A stretch of 64,000 nt of DNA from an uncultured Gemmatimonadales bacterium (lineage in GTDB: Bacteria; Gemmatimonadota; Gemmatimonadetes; Longimicrobiales; Gaopeijiaceae). Positions 32,194-43,942 of this stretch are shown one piece after another. The stretch lies in the NCBI GenBank assembly GCA_963823035.1, contig CAWGKG010000004.1, positions 288,001 to 352,000 of the forward strand, written 5' to 3'. Under the pieces are notes generated by a model. That model was not told the DNA's origin and ran no database searches. It was given only the letters and a program-made list of their open reading frames with translations. Positions within the stretch are counted from its first letter, which is position 1; the number at the start of each line of letters is the position of its first letter. The translations under genes were made by a program, and so were the position numbers.

Positions 32194-34727
32194 TCAGCGT
32201 CCTCCGCCGTGGTTCGTGGCCGCCGAGGCGGCCGGCGCCTTCACCCAACGGTCGAACCAGTCGATGAAGCGCGCCCACATGTCGAGCTTGTTCTCGATGG
32301 CGCGGGGGGTGTGCGACTCGTACGGGTACTCGTACAGCACCGCGGTCTTCCCCAGGATGGTGAGCGCGGAGATCATGCGCTCCGACTGGATCGGGAACGT
32401 GCCGGTGTTGTTGTCGTCGCCGCCGTGGTACATGAGGAGCGGCGTGTCGATCTGGTCGGCCTTGAAGAAGGGCGACATCTCCAGGTACGTCTGCGGCGCC
32501 TCCCAGATGCTCCGCCGCTCGGCCTGGAAGCCGTCCGGCGTGAGCGATCGGTTGTACGCGCCGTCGCCCGCGATCCCCGCCTTGAAGAAGGGGGCGTTCG
32601 CCAGGATGTTGGCGGTCGCGAAGGCGCCGTAGCTGTGGCCGCCGTGTCCGATGCGGTCGATGTCGACCACGCCCAGCTCGTCCACCGCCCGCACGGCGCC
32701 GTACATCGCGTCGACCAGGCTGGAGACGTACGTGTCGTTGTAGTTCTCCCCGATGATCGGGATGTCGGGGTACACGAGGGCGTAGCCCTGCGTGAGCCAG
32801 ATGTCGGACCAGCGCAGCCAGCTCAGCGGCGTGAACGCGTTGTGGTTCCGCTCGCGGATGGCGGCGTGCTCGTAGTCCTCCGGGTGCACGTACTCACGCG
32901 GGTAGTCCCAGAACATCGCGGGCACCGGCGGATCACCCGCCTTCCACCCCACGGGCATCGACACGCGTCCCTGGACCTTCAGGCCGTCGCGGCGCGCGAA
33001 CTCGAAGTCGATGCGCGTCGCGGCCGTGATCTCGGGGAAGGGGTCGACGTTGTTCGTCAGGTTCTCGCCCCACCCACCGTCGCGCGTCCACAGGTACGAG
33101 TCCGGGAAGTCGGTCACGGACTCGCGGCTGGCCACCACCCGCGAGAGGTCGGCGTCCAGCGGCACGAGCGGCTGATCGAAGGTGTCCTTCGAGCCCTCGA
33201 AGACGCGGGTCGTCGGCCCGCCCTTCACGCCCACACGGTCGATGAACGGCTGCGGCCGGAAGTCGGCGGCGTAGCCCGGGCCCTCCAGGTAGGCGGAGGC
33301 ACCGTCGGAGGAGACCACCGCGAATTCGAGCCCGTTGCCCGTGCGCTCCGTGAGCAGCTCGCCGGGGAGCTTCGTCGGGTCGTCCGTGGCGTGGAAGTCG
33401 ACCACGACGTCCCGCGCGGGAGCGACACCTCCGAGGCTCCAGTGCACGAGCGCGGTGCGCGGTCCCTTCGCGACCGTGGCGAAGGCGTGCCCCCCGTCGC
33501 GCGCGTAGCTGACGGAGCGGATGGGGTCCTCGCTCTCCGCGACGACGGTCGCGGCCGCCGTGTCGAAGGGTGCCACGAGCAGCATCAGCCGGTCGGGGCG
33601 CGGCGCGTCGTCCGGCTGCCCGTCGCCGCCCGCGCGACCGCTGCAGGTAGCCGAGCCCCGCGCCGTCCGGACGCCAGGCGAACGCGCGCGGCCCGTTGCC
33701 TCCGCCGTTTCCGCCCGGCCCGCCGCCGCCCCTCGTGTTCCCCTCGCGGAGCGGTGAAGCCTCGACGGTGGCCACCACGGCGCCCTTCCGGTCCAGCACC
33801 TCCGTCTTGCGGGGGAAGCCGCGGTAGCTCGTGAGGTACGAGAAGGGGCGCTCCATGTGCTCGGCGAGCACGTAGCGTCCGTCCGGGCTGAGGGAGATCG
33901 ACTCGTACATCTTCGGCGTGCCGAGCAGCACGGGCTTCTTCCCCTGCGTCAGCTCGGCGAGCTGGCTCGTGGTGTAGTACTCGAACAGATCCTCGTCGTG
34001 CGCGTCGCGCAGGAGGAACCGATACGTCGGGTTGTCGACGGGCTTCGGACGGGTCTGGCGGGTGAGCGGCCCATCCGGGATGCGGCTGTCCGCCGGCTCG
34101 GGGCCACGTCCCGGCGGCACGAGCAGCGTGAGCAGCGTGCCCTCGGGCGTCCACTGCAGCATGTCCGAAGGGCGGTGCCCCTGCCCGTTGGAGCTGGTGC
34201 CCGCGGTGGCCATCACGGGCGCGTCGCTCACCCGGCGGGCGCGGCCGGTGGCCGCGTCGGCCGTCCACACCTCCGTGTGGTCGGGCAGGTGCGCGAGGAA
34301 GGCGATGCGCGCCCCGTCCGGCGACCACGTGAAGTCGGAGGCGAAGCTCCCCGCGGGGAGGTCGACGTCGACGAAGCGCCGCTCGTCCAGCCCGTACAGC
34401 CGGAAGTCGTAGATCCCCCAGGTGTCGAGGTGCCAGAGGCGGTTCGTCCGGGGGCGGATCTCCATCTCCGCGAGTCGGAGCGTCGGCTTCGACATGAGCG
34501 CCAGCGTGGACAGCTCGTTGATCTCCGGAACCAGGAAGTGGTCACCGTCGGGGCTCGCGTAGTCGAGCGTCGCGTAGTTCTTGTCGGTGGCGAAGATCTT
34601 CTGGATCGACGCGGCCGGCAGGACGTAGTGGGCCTCGTCCGGGTTGACGGCCGGGGCGGCCTGCTGGGCCCCCGCCGGGGCGGCCACCACGAGCAGGAGC
34701 AGCAGCGAACGGAAAGCGCGGACGCAT
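32194..34727 (-). CDS. S9 family prolyl oligopeptidase-like peptidase, exported (frameshift near 33625, probably another near the start)
   Basis: WSPDG propeller repeats; GGHSYGAF nucleophile, GAYNRSLTP, HGGDDNN, YPYESH. Confidence 0.9.
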
Positions 34728-34925
34728 GGGAGATCCGGAGCGGAGGGGAGACGGACACGCCGAACGGACACGGCAGGGACACGGTGGGGCGTTGCGACGT
34801 TGGGCGCCACCGTCAACAACCTGATGCCCTGACCTGTCCTCCATGGCTGGACGACCTACATTGACGGGGCCGCCGCCCCCCTCCCGGCAGAGCGACGCCC
34901 GTACCCCTCGGCAGGACGCGAATCC

Positions 34926-37900
34926 ATGCGACGCTTCACTCTCCTGGCCGCGCTGGCCCTTCTGGCCGTCGCGGCTCCCCACGCGCACGCGCAGCTCACC
35001 AAGCCGATCGACGTGGCGATGATGGATCAGTTCAAGTGGCGATCCGTCGGACCCGCGAACATCATGGGGCGCGTGACCGACGTGGAGGGTCTTCCCAGTC
35101 CCTCCACGACCTTCTACGTGTCGGCCGCCGCGGGCGGCGTGTGGAAGACCACCAACAACGGCACGACCTTCGATCTCGTGTGGAAGGGCGAGCGCGTCGC
35201 TTCCACCGGCGACATCGGCATCTCCCCCTCCGATCCGAACCAGGTCTGGCTGGGCACGGGGGAGGGGAACTCCCGCAACTCGATCTCTCCCGGCGGCGGG
35301 ATCTTCAAGTCGATCGACGGCGGGGAGAGCTGGACGTTCAAGGGGCTGAAGGAGACGCAGGTCATCACGCGCATCGTCGTGCACCCGACGAACCCCGACA
35401 TCGTGTACGTCGCGGCGCTCGGGCACATCTGGGACTCGAACCCGGAGCGCGGCCTCTACCGCACCACCGACGGAGGCGACTCGTGGAAGCTGGTGAAGTT
35501 CATCAGCGACAAGGCCGGCTTCGTCGACATCGTGCTCGATCCGCGTGACCCGAACGTGATCTGGGCGTCCAGCTGGGAGCGCGTGCGCGGGCCGTACTTC
35601 CTGAACTCGGGCGGCCCCGGCAGCGGCCTGTGGAAGAGCAGCAACGGCGGCGACAGCTGGACGGAGGTCGAGGGCAACGGCTTCCCGACCGCGAACAAGG
35701 GCCGCATCGGCCTGGCCATCAGCTTGTCGAACCCCGACGTGATGTACGCCGAGGTCGAGGCGGAGAAGGAGGCGGACGGCACCGGCGGGACCGGGCTCTA
35801 CCGCTCCGCCGACGCCGGCGTGTACGTGGGAGAAGATGAACGACGTCGACACGCGCCCGTTCTACTACTCCCAGGTGCGCGTCGACCCGCAGGACGAGAA
35901 CCGCGTCTACTTCTCGTCGACGCCGATGCAGTACTCCGACGACGGCGGCAAGACGTACGGCGCGACGACGAACGAGGTGCACGTGGACGACCACGCCCTC
36001 TGGATCGACCCGAACGACGGCAACCGGATGGTCGTCGGCAACGACGGCGGCGTCGCCATCAGCTACGACCGAGGTGGCAACTGGAGCTACCTGAACCACA
36101 TCGCGATCGGGCAGTTCTACGACGTCAGCTACAACTACGACATCCCCTACCGCGTCTGTGGTGGGCTGCAGGACAACGGCACGTGGTGCGCCCCGAGCCG
36201 CGTCGACGGGGGCGGCATCAACAACTACTACTGGGCCACCTACGGCGGCGGGGACGGCTTCGTCAGCGCGCAGGACTACGGGGATCCGACGATCCTGTGG
36301 ACCGAGTCGCAGGGCGGGAACATCGGCCGCATCAACGCGGTGACCGGCGAGCGCCAGAGCCTGCAGAAGCCGGATTGGATGGAGGTGTGGCGCCCCTACC
36401 AGGACACGATCGTCACGCTCGTGGCCGGGGGCGCCGGCGAGAGCGACGCGCGCATCCAGGACCTGAAGCGGCGCGCCACGGCGGACTCGGCCGCCTTCGA
36501 GAACCGGTGGAACTGGAACACCCCCTTCTTCCAGTCCGTGCACGACCGGAGCTGGTTCTACGCGGGCGCCAACATGGTCGTGAAGAGCACCGACTGGGGG
36601 ACGCACCTCCGGCCGATCTCGCCCGACCTGAGCTACGCCGACCCCGAGAAGGTCAAGGTCAGCCTCGAGACCACGGGCGGCATCACGGTCGACGCGACCG
36701 GAGCCGAGACGTACGCGACGGTGGTGGCGCTCGACGAGTCGCCGCGGCACGCGGGCTGGCTGTACGCGGGCACCGACGACGGGCGCGTGTGGACGACGCA
36801 GGACGACGGGAAGAGTTGGACGGAGCTCACCGGCCGCTTCCCCGGCGTGCCGAAAGGCACGTACGTGTCGCGCATCGAGGCGTCGAACTTCAGCGACCAG
36901 CGCTTCTACGTGACGTTCGACAACCACCGCACGAACGACTTCACGCCCTACGTCTACGTGACCGAAGACGGTGGGAAGACCTTCAAGTCGATCGTGGCGA
37001 ACCTCCCCACGGGCGCGCCGGACTTCGTGCACGTGCTCGAGGAGGACCCGCACAACGAGAACCTCCTCTTCGTCGGCACGGACGTGGGCGCCTACGTGTC
37101 CACGGACCGCGGCAAGTCCTGGCAGACCTTCATGAACGGCTTGCCGGCCGTGCCGGTGCACGACCTCGAGGTCCATCCGCGCGACCACGAGCTGATCGCG
37201 GCCACGCACGGGCGCTCGATCTGGATCGTGGACATCACGCCGCTCGAGCAGCTCACCGACGCGGTGCTCGCTGGCGGACGGCGGCGCTCTTCGCGCCGAA
37301 GCCGGCCTACCAGTTCGGGTCGGAGCCGCGCGGGGGCGAGTCGTACGCGCAGCAGTGGTTCGAGCGGCCCACGCCGGGCTCGCAGGCGGAGATCAGCTAC
37401 TACGTGGGTGAGACCGCCGCGAAGACGCTGGCCGACCAGGCGCAGGCGGGGTCGGGGGGCATGACGCGCGACGGCGCAGGCAACGACGGCGCCGCCACCG
37501 GCGGACCGGCGGCGCCGCCTCGGCAGGCGCGTCCCCCCGTGGTCCCCAGGTCGAGATCACGATCGCGGGACCGGACGGGGAGGTGTTCCGCAAGCTGAAC
37601 GGCCCGGCCACGGCCGGCCTGCACCAGGTGACGTGGAACTTCCGCGGCGAGGCGCCGCCCACGGCGGAGCCGTCCCCCTGGCAGAAGAAGGAGCGCGAGC
37701 GGATCGCGGCGCGCGCGAAGGTGGTGTCCGACTCCCTGAAGGAAGCCGGTTGGGACGCACAGTTCCTCGACCGGATGATGGGCGTCGTGACCGGCCAGAC
37801 GAGCCGCAACGAGGCGTTCGCGATGTTCGGCGGCGGGCGCGGCGGCGGCGGTGGCGGCGACCCCGAGGCCTTCCGGGAGCGCCCGGGCGAGACGCCGCCC

Positions 37901-38176
37901 GGAAGCAGGGCCGGCGGCGGCTTCGACTACGGCCAGATGCGCACGCTGGCCGACCTCATCAACCCGGGAGGCGGCCTCGGCTCGTTCTTCCGCGGACGCG
38001 GGGGTGGCGGCGCGCCCGTGGCGTCGCCGGGCAACTACACCGTCACGCTCAAGGTCGGCGACGAGACGTACTCTCAGCTGCTCAAGGTCGAGCGGCAGCC
38101 GGGGTATACCGGGGACTCCTCGCCCTTCGAGTCGCAGTGGCAGGAGCTGATGGAGCGCATCCGCGAAGGCGGCTGA
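34926..38176 (+). CDS. BNR/sortilin (VPS10)-like beta-propeller glycosyl-hydrolase-type protein (frameshifts near 35825, 37280, 37545)
   Basis: WRSVGPANIMGRV, repeated S/TxDGGxS/TW Asp-boxes, GGLQDNGTW, GGDGF, AATHGRSIW, PGNYTVTLKVG. Confidence 0.9.
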
Positions 38177-38205
38177 CCGCCGGTTCGTGGAGCTGTCGGG
38201 GATGC

Positions 38206-38243
38206 GAGGCCGGTCCGGGACGTCCCGGGCCGGCCTCTTCTTC
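38206..38243 (+). terminator. probable intrinsic terminator
   Basis: GAGGCCGGTCCGGGA-CG-TCCCGGGCCGGCCTC hairpin followed by TTCTTC, 30 bp after the stop at 38176. Confidence 0.65.
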
Positions 38244-38320
38244 GGTGTTGCCTCTCCGGCATCGGCGCGAACAGCTTGGACAAGGGAAGCGGCACGACCC
38301 ACGAGACTCGACGGGGAACC

Positions 38321-38698
38321 ATGCTCAAGGTGTTGATCCGAAAGCTCCTCCTTCTCCTCCTCCTGCTCTTCGCGGTCGGAATGGCCATCCCCAAGGCCCG
38401 CGCCCGGATGGTGGAGGCGGCGACACCGCTGATGGACAAGTTCCGCCTGAAGCTCGTGCCGTCCCGCCTCGATGCGATGGCGGACCAGCTCGAGGCGCGG
38501 CGGGGGCGCGGTGAGCCCTACCCGGGCAACTGGGAGGGGTGGCTGCGCCGGGACTACTCGGGCGTGCCCGAGGACCCCTGGGGCAACGTCTACTACCTGA
38601 AGACCGACAGGCGTGGCTTCACGGTGGGATCGGCGGGTCCCGACGGCGTGCCCCACAACGGGGACGACGTCACGGTGCAGCGCCGCCTCACCCGCTGA
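38321..38698 (+). CDS. GspG C-terminal-domain (pseudopilin-like) membrane protein
   Basis: N-terminal TM; PEDPWGNVYYL and FTVGSAGPDG..GDD motifs. Confidence 0.75.
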   Translation: MLKVLIRKLLLLLLLLFAVGMAIPKARARMVEAATPLMDKFRLKLVPSRLDAMADQLEARRGRGEPYPGNWEGWLRRDYSGVPEDPWGNVYYLKTDRRGFTVGSAGPDGVPHNGDDVTVQRRLTR

Positions 38699-38833
38699 CG
38701 TTCGTGCTGCGCGCGACGTTCTGACGGCCGGGGGTCCGTGACGCGGCGGCGCCGCGCCTGGATCTTGCCGACCCGCGCGGGGTGTTGCCTCTTTCGGCTC
38801 TCGCCCTCGTCCCCGCGCCTTCCCGGAGCGTCC

Positions 38834-39976
38834 GTGTCCCTCCGCCGCCCCGTCGCCGCAGCGCTCCTCGTGGCCCTCACGGCCGCGTGCGAGCCCGGGT
38901 CCGCGCCGGGTGCCGCTTCGTCGGGGGCCGTGGAGACCGCGTTCCGTGCCCTGCCCGACTCGACCTTCGCGTCCCTCGTCACGCGGATCTCCGAGCCGGG
39001 CGGCTACTTCGACACCGACAACCTGATCTCCAACGAGCGGGGCTACCTGAAGGTGATGGGAGCCCTGGAGCGGGCGGGTGTCCGGGGCGGGGCCTACGTC
39101 GGCGTCGGTCCGGACCAGAACTTCTCCTACATCGCGCGCATCCGGCCGGAGATCGCGTTCATCGTGGACATCCGGCGGGACAACCTCCTGCACCACCTCC
39201 TCCTGCGCGCGCTCGTGTCCCGCGCTCCCACGCGCGTGGAGTTCCTGGCCGGCCTCTTCGGCAAGGCACCGCCGCCCGATCCGGCCGCGTGGCGCGACCG
39301 TCCGATCGAGGACGTCCTCTCCTTCGTCGAGGCCGCGGCGGCCGATTCCGCCGTGGTGGCCGGGCTCGACGACGAGGTCGGGCGGACCGTCGCGACCTAC
39401 GGGATCCCCCTCGCCGACGCGGATCTGGGTACGATCCGGCGCTTCCACCACACCTTCGTCGACGCCGGCCCCGCGCTGCGCTTCACCAGCTACGGGCGCG
39501 CACCCCGACCGTACTATCCGACCTACCGGCAGCTCCTGATCGAGACCGACATGGAGGGACGGCACGCCTCCTACCTCGCCGACGCGGCGTCCTATGCCGT
39601 CGTGCGCGGTCTGGAGCGGGCGGGCCGCATCGTCCCCGTGGTGGGGGACCTGGGCGGCACGCACGCCGTGCGGGAGATCGGCGACGTGCTGCGGGAGATG
39701 GAGATCCCCCTGAGCGCCTTCTACGTGTCGAACGTGGAGTTCTACCTCGTTCAGCAGGGAACGCTCGACGACTGGATCGCCAGCCTGGCGACGCTGCCGG
39801 CGACCCCGGAGGCGGTGGTGATCCGCAGCGTCTTTCCCAACTACCGGAGAGACCATCCCTCGGCCGTTCCCGGCTACTACGCCGCTCAGGCGCTACAGCC
39901 GGTGACGACGCTCGTGACCGCCCGCTTCAACGACTACTGGGACCTCGTGACTCGCGACGCGCTCCCGCTTCGGTGA
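38834..39976 (+). CDS. conserved-looking hypothetical lipoprotein, possible SAM-methyltransferase-like fold
   Basis: TAAC lipobox; SEPGGYFDTDNLISNE, YVGVGPDQNFSYI, FIVDIRRDN, VVGDLGG, FYVSNVEFYL. Confidence 0.7.
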   Translation: MSLRRPVAAALLVALTAACEPGSAPGAASSGAVETAFRALPDSTFASLVTRISEPGGYFDTDNLISNERGYLKVMGALERAGVRGGAYVGVGPDQNFSYIARIRPEIAFIVDIRRDNLLHHLLLRALVSRAPTRVEFLAGLFGKAPPPDPAAWRDRPIEDVLSFVEAAAADSAVVAGLDDEVGRTVATYGIPLADADLGTIRRFHHTFVDAGPALRFTSYGRAPRPYYPTYRQLLIETDMEGRHASYLADAASYAVVRGLERAGRIVPVVGDLGGTHAVREIGDVLREMEIPLSAFYVSNVEFYLVQQGTLDDWIASLATLPATPEAVVIRSVFPNYRRDHPSAVPGYYAAQALQPVTTLVTARFNDYWDLVTRDALPLR

Positions 39977-39984
39977 GAACCCCT

Positions 39985-42900
39985 ATGCGCCGTGCCTTCG
40001 TTTCGTGCCTCGTCGCCCTCGTCGCGCTCACGATATGGGGCGCCACTGCCGGTACCCCCGCGGTGCGCGCCCAGGAGGATCGGCCGATCGCCGCCTGGCT
40101 GGTGCTGGGCGCCTTTCCCGTGCGCGAAGGCCCGGATCGGCTCCGCCACGCCTACCTGGAGGACGAGGCCTCGTCGGCCCCGCGTCCGGCGGTGGCCGTG
40201 GGGTCGTTCTTGTGGCGCCAACGCCCGGCGGACGCGAACGGGCAGATGGACCTCAAGGTCGCGATCGGGGAGCCGCCGCTCGAGCAGGCCGTGGCCTACG
40301 CCTTCTCCTGGGTGACCACGGCGGACGAGCGCACGGTGAGCTTCGGCTTCGAGTCCGACGACGACGTGCGCGTCTGGCTGAACGGGACGCTGATCCTCGA
40401 CCGCGAGGTCGCGCGTAGCCTGCGCGGGGGTACGGACACGGTCACGGTGAGGCTGGCGCGTGGTGCCAACCGGCTCCTCATGAAGGTGGTGAACCGCACG
40501 GGCGAGTTCGCGCTGGGCGCGAGGCTGCTCGCCCTCGCCGACGCGCCGCTCGACGGCCTCCGCCTCGGTGCCACCCGCCCGCCGGACGCCCCCGTGGCGT
40601 CCGTGCCGTCTCCGTCCCTGACCGTGGCACCCCTGTCGGTGGCGGCCTTCGCGACGCTCGACGCCGGCACCGGCGCGCTACGCGTCCCGGTGGTGGCCCG
40701 GGCCACACGCTGGGGTGGGCTCTCCGGACCGGTGCGCCTGCGGGTGGGATCGCGGGAGGCCGAGCTGCCGGCCGCGGCGGACGGCGCCGTGGCGGAGGCC
40801 GAGCTGGCCACGACCTGGGACGACCTGCTGAAGGCCGCGAGCGGGGAGGGCGACGGCGTCACGGCCAACGTCGTCGGAGGAGGCACGGAGGGGCGGGGCA
40901 TCGACGCCGGTGCGGTGCTCCGTGTGCTGGCCCGCCCGATCGCCGTCGACGGTTGGAGGTGGCGTGACGACGCCGGTACGTGGCATCCCCTCCCGAGGGC
41001 CGGCGCGTACGGCGTCGACGCCACGGTGGCGCGGGAAGCTCGCGCGCTCGCCTTCGAGGCGCCGGTGCCCGACGCGCTCGCCGGCCTCACGCTGGAGATG
41101 GACGTGGCCGAGCTCGCGACCCCGGAGGCGGTGGTGCGGGTGGACGGCGAGGTGCGCACCCCCTCCGCGTCCGCGAGGGTACGCCTGTGTGGGCCGTGCG
41201 GGGCCGGTGCGTCGATCTCCGTCGAGGTGGAGCCGCACGGGAACTGGTGGGACGCCCCCAGGCTGGTCGTGCCCGACGCCGGGTGGACGGAGATCGCGGA
41301 GGGTGCGCGCTGGGCGCGCTACTTCCTGGGGGACTCGATCCTCCCCGAAGTCCCGGACGAAGAGGTGGCGCGCAGGCTGCTCGCCGCCGCCGCCGCGCCC
41401 GACAAGGCCCGCTACCGGGCGCTGGTGGGCACATGGATGAAGCGCCTGGAGCCCGCGGCGCGCCAGGTCCGGGCGGACACGATCGACGTCGTGGGCAACG
41501 CGCACATCGACGCGGCGTGGCTGTGGCGGTGGGAGGAGACGGTGGACGTGGTGCGCAACACCTGGCGCACGGCGGCCAAGCTGCTGGAGAAGTACCCTGG
41601 CGCGACCTTCGCCGGCTCCTCGGCCGCGTACTACGCGTGGTTGGAGACGTACGAGCCCGCCCTCCTGCACGAGATCCAGCGGCTGCAGCGGGAGGGGCGC
41701 TGGGCGCCTGTGGGCGGGTGGTGGGTCGAGGCCGACGCGAACCTCCCGTCGGGGGAGGCGCTCGTGCGGCAGGCCCTGTACGGCCAGCGCACGTACCAGC
41801 GCCTCTTCGGACGGATGGCCACCGTGGCGTGGATCCCCGACACCTTCGGCTACACCTGGACGCTTCCGCAGATCTTCAGGAAGTCCGGGTTCGACTACTT
41901 CGTGACGCAGAAGGTGCGCTGGAACGACACCGACACGTGGAGCGCGGACCGCAACCTCTTCTGGTGGGAGGGACGCGACGGGACGCGCATCCTCTCGTAC
42001 ATCCCGTACGGCTACACGCATCAGCTGCAGCCCACGAGCCTCGCGGAGGAGTGGAAGGCGTCGCGGGACAGCACGGCCTCACGCCACATGCTCGTCTTGT
42101 ACGGGGTGGGTGACCACGGCGGCGGCCCCACCATGGAGATGCTCGACCGGGCCCGGGAGCTCGAGCGCATCCCCACCTTTCCGCCGCTGAGGGGAACGCT
42201 CCCCGAGCGCGCGCTCGAGCGCATGGCCGCGGACGCCGAGGACGTGCCGGTCATCGACGACGAGTTGTACCTCGAGTACCACCGCGGCGTGTACACGAGC
42301 CAGGCGGAGATGAAGGCCTGGAACCGGCGCCTCGAGGCGCTGCTCGGCGCGGCGGAGGCGGCTTCCGCGCACGCCGCGTTCGTCGGCGCCCGCCGACGCC
42401 TGGTACAACTACCCGCGTGGCTCGCTCGCGGCCGCGTGGGAGAAGACCCTCTTCAACCAGTTCCACGACCTGCTCCCGGGGTCGGGGATCGGTCCGGTCT
42501 ACGTGGACGCCGTCGACGACTACCGCGAGGCGGCGCGCCTGGCCGACATGGCGCTGGCGCGCGCCGGCGAGATCGTCGGCGCGTCGCTCGACACGCGCTC
42601 CCCCGTCGAGGGTGGGCGGCCGTACCTCGTGCTGAACCCCTCCGGGTACGTGCGGGGCGGGGTGGCCAAGATCCCGTGGAAGGGCGCGGCGGCCCACGTG
42701 GTGGACGCCTCCGGCCGCGACGCTCACCGCAACGCGTGCGCGCGGACACGTTGCGTGCGCTCGTCCCGGAGGTGCCGCCCACGGGCGGCAGAGTGGTCTT
42801 CGTCGTGTCGGCCGGGGAGGGCGGCGACGGCGGTGCGGATGGCGACGCCGAGCGCGCCGGACCCGCGGGGGCGGCGGCGGCCGCGGGCCCCGTGATCCTC

Positions 42901-43935
42901 GAAAACGACCGGCTCCATGTCGAGGTCGACCGCGCCACCGGTGAGCTGGCCCGCATCGTCGACCTCGCGAGCGGGCGGGAGGTGTTGCAGCCGGGTGGGG
43001 GCGGCAACCGGCTGGAGACGCGCGAGGATCGGCCGCTCCAGTGGGACGCCTGGAACATCGACGACACGGACGACCCGTGGGCACCGATCGCGGACACGGT
43101 CCGCGTGGGCGAGCCCGGCCGCGACGCCCTGGGCCGCTTCGTGGAGGTCGTGCGCGCGGATCGGCACGGGAGGTTCGTGCAACGGCTCACCCTCCCCGAC
43201 GGGGCACGACGCCTCGAGGTGGAGACGCGCGCGCTGTGGAGGGCGGACCATCGCCTCCTGAAGGCGTCCTTCCCGCTCGCGCTCTCCTTCGACAGCGTCT
43301 GGGCGGAGATCCCCTACGGCGCGATCGCACGGCCCGCCGCCGCCCGCTCGAAGCGGGACAGCGCGCGCTACGAGGTGCCGATGCAGCGCTGGATCGACGC
43401 CAGCGACGGGCGCTGGGGCGTGAGCTTCGTGAACGACGCCAAGCACGGCTACGACGTGCGCGGCGACACCGTCCGCATCACCCTCCTGAAGTCCGCCAAG
43501 TGGCCGGACGAGCAGGCCGACATGGGGACGCAGGTCTTCCGCTACGACCTCGTGGTGCACGACGGGGACTGGCGGAGCGGCGCCACCGAGGCGGCCGCGA
43601 CCTCCCTCGACCAGCCGCTGCGGGCCGTCGCGGTGGAGGAGCACGCGGGGGAGGGGAGGGCCCGCGCGTTCGCCTCCGTGCGGGGAGACGGCGTACAGCT
43701 CGGCGCGCTCAAGGTCGCGGAGGACGACGCGAGCACGCTGGTCGTGCGCCTGGTCGAGCGCCACGGCGCCGCCGTGACGGCGACGCTCGAGCTCCCGTGG
43801 CCGTTCGAGTGGCGGAGCGCGGACCTCCTGGAGCGCCCCGAAGCGGAGGCAGCCTGGACGGAAAGCGAGGGAACGCGCGCGTCGATCCCCCTCGCGCCGT
43901 GGGAGATCGGCACGGTGCTCGTGCGCCGGCGCTGA
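39985..43935 (+). CDS. exported GH38 alpha-mannosidase with long N-terminal extension (compensating frameshifts near 42390 and 42735)
   Basis: HIDAAWLW, GGWWVEAD, WIPDTFG, GVGDHGGGP, ELYLEYHRGVYTSQ, NQFHDLLPGS (alternate frame), EIPYG, KHGYD. Confidence 0.92.
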   Translation: MRRAFVSCLVALVALTIWGATAGTPAVRAQEDRPIAAWLVLGAFPVREGPDRLRHAYLEDEASSAPRPAVAVGSFLWRQRPADANGQMDLKVAIGEPPLEQAVAYAFSWVTTADERTVSFGFESDDDVRVWLNGTLILDREVARSLRGGTDTVTVRLARGANRLLMKVVNRTGEFALGARLLALADAPLDGLRLGATRPPDAPVASVPSPSLTVAPLSVAAFATLDAGTGALRVPVVARATRWGGLSGPVRLRVGSREAELPAAADGAVAEAELATTWDDLLKAASGEGDGVTANVVGGGTEGRGIDAGAVLRVLARPIAVDGWRWRDDAGTWHPLPRAGAYGVDATVAREARALAFEAPVPDALAGLTLEMDVAELATPEAVVRVDGEVRTPSASARVRLCGPCGAGASISVEVEPHGNWWDAPRLVVPDAGWTEIAEGARWARYFLGDSILPEVPDEEVARRLLAAAAAPDKARYRALVGTWMKRLEPAARQVRADTIDVVGNAHIDAAWLWRWEETVDVVRNTWRTAAKLLEKYPGATFAGSSAAYYAWLETYEPALLHEIQRLQREGRWAPVGGWWVEADANLPSGEALVRQALYGQRTYQRLFGRMATVAWIPDTFGYTWTLPQIFRKSGFDYFVTQKVRWNDTDTWSADRNLFWWEGRDGTRILSYIPYGYTHQLQPTSLAEEWKASRDSTASRHMLVLYGVGDHGGGPTMEMLDRARELERIPTFPPLRGTLPERALERMAADAEDVPVIDDELYLEYHRGVYTSQAEMKAWNRRLEALLGAAEAASAHAAFVGARRRLVQLPAWLARGRVGEDPLQPVPRPAPGVGDRSGLRGRRRRLPRGGAPGRHGAGARRRDRRRVARHALPRRGWAAVPRAEPLRVRAGRGGQDPVEGRGGPRGGRLRPRRSPQRVRADTLRALVPEVPPTGGRVVFVVSAGEGGDGGADGDAERAGPAGAAAAAGPVILENDRLHVEVDRATGELARIVDLASGREVLQPGGGGNRLETREDRPLQWDAWNIDDTDDPWAPIADTVRVGEPGRDALGRFVEVVRADRHGRFVQRLTLPDGARRLEVETRALWRADHRLLKASFPLALSFDSVWAEIPYGAIARPAAARSKRDSARYEVPMQRWIDASDGRWGVSFVNDAKHGYDVRGDTVRITLLKSAKWPDEQADMGTQVFRYDLVVHDGDWRSGATEAAATSLDQPLRAVAVEEHAGEGRARAFASVRGDGVQLGALKVAEDDASTLVVRLVERHGAAVTATLELPWPFEWRSADLLERPEAEAAWTESEGTRASIPLAPWEIGTVLVRRR

Positions 43936-43942
43936 GGGAGGG

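Noticed and set aside
38321..38698. Type II secretion or pilus operon
   Set aside because: Single gene without a prepilin cleavage motif; no gspD/E/F nearby.
38782..39984. 1717-aa ORF as a giant fusion protein
   Set aside because: The first ~400 aa are an off-frame read-through of the 38834-39976 gene; the GH38 signal peptide starts at 39985.
42390..42735. Programmed frameshifting in GH38, pst or tricorn genes
   Set aside because: No consistent slippery sites; indels are numerous and scattered, so sequencing error is the simpler explanation.
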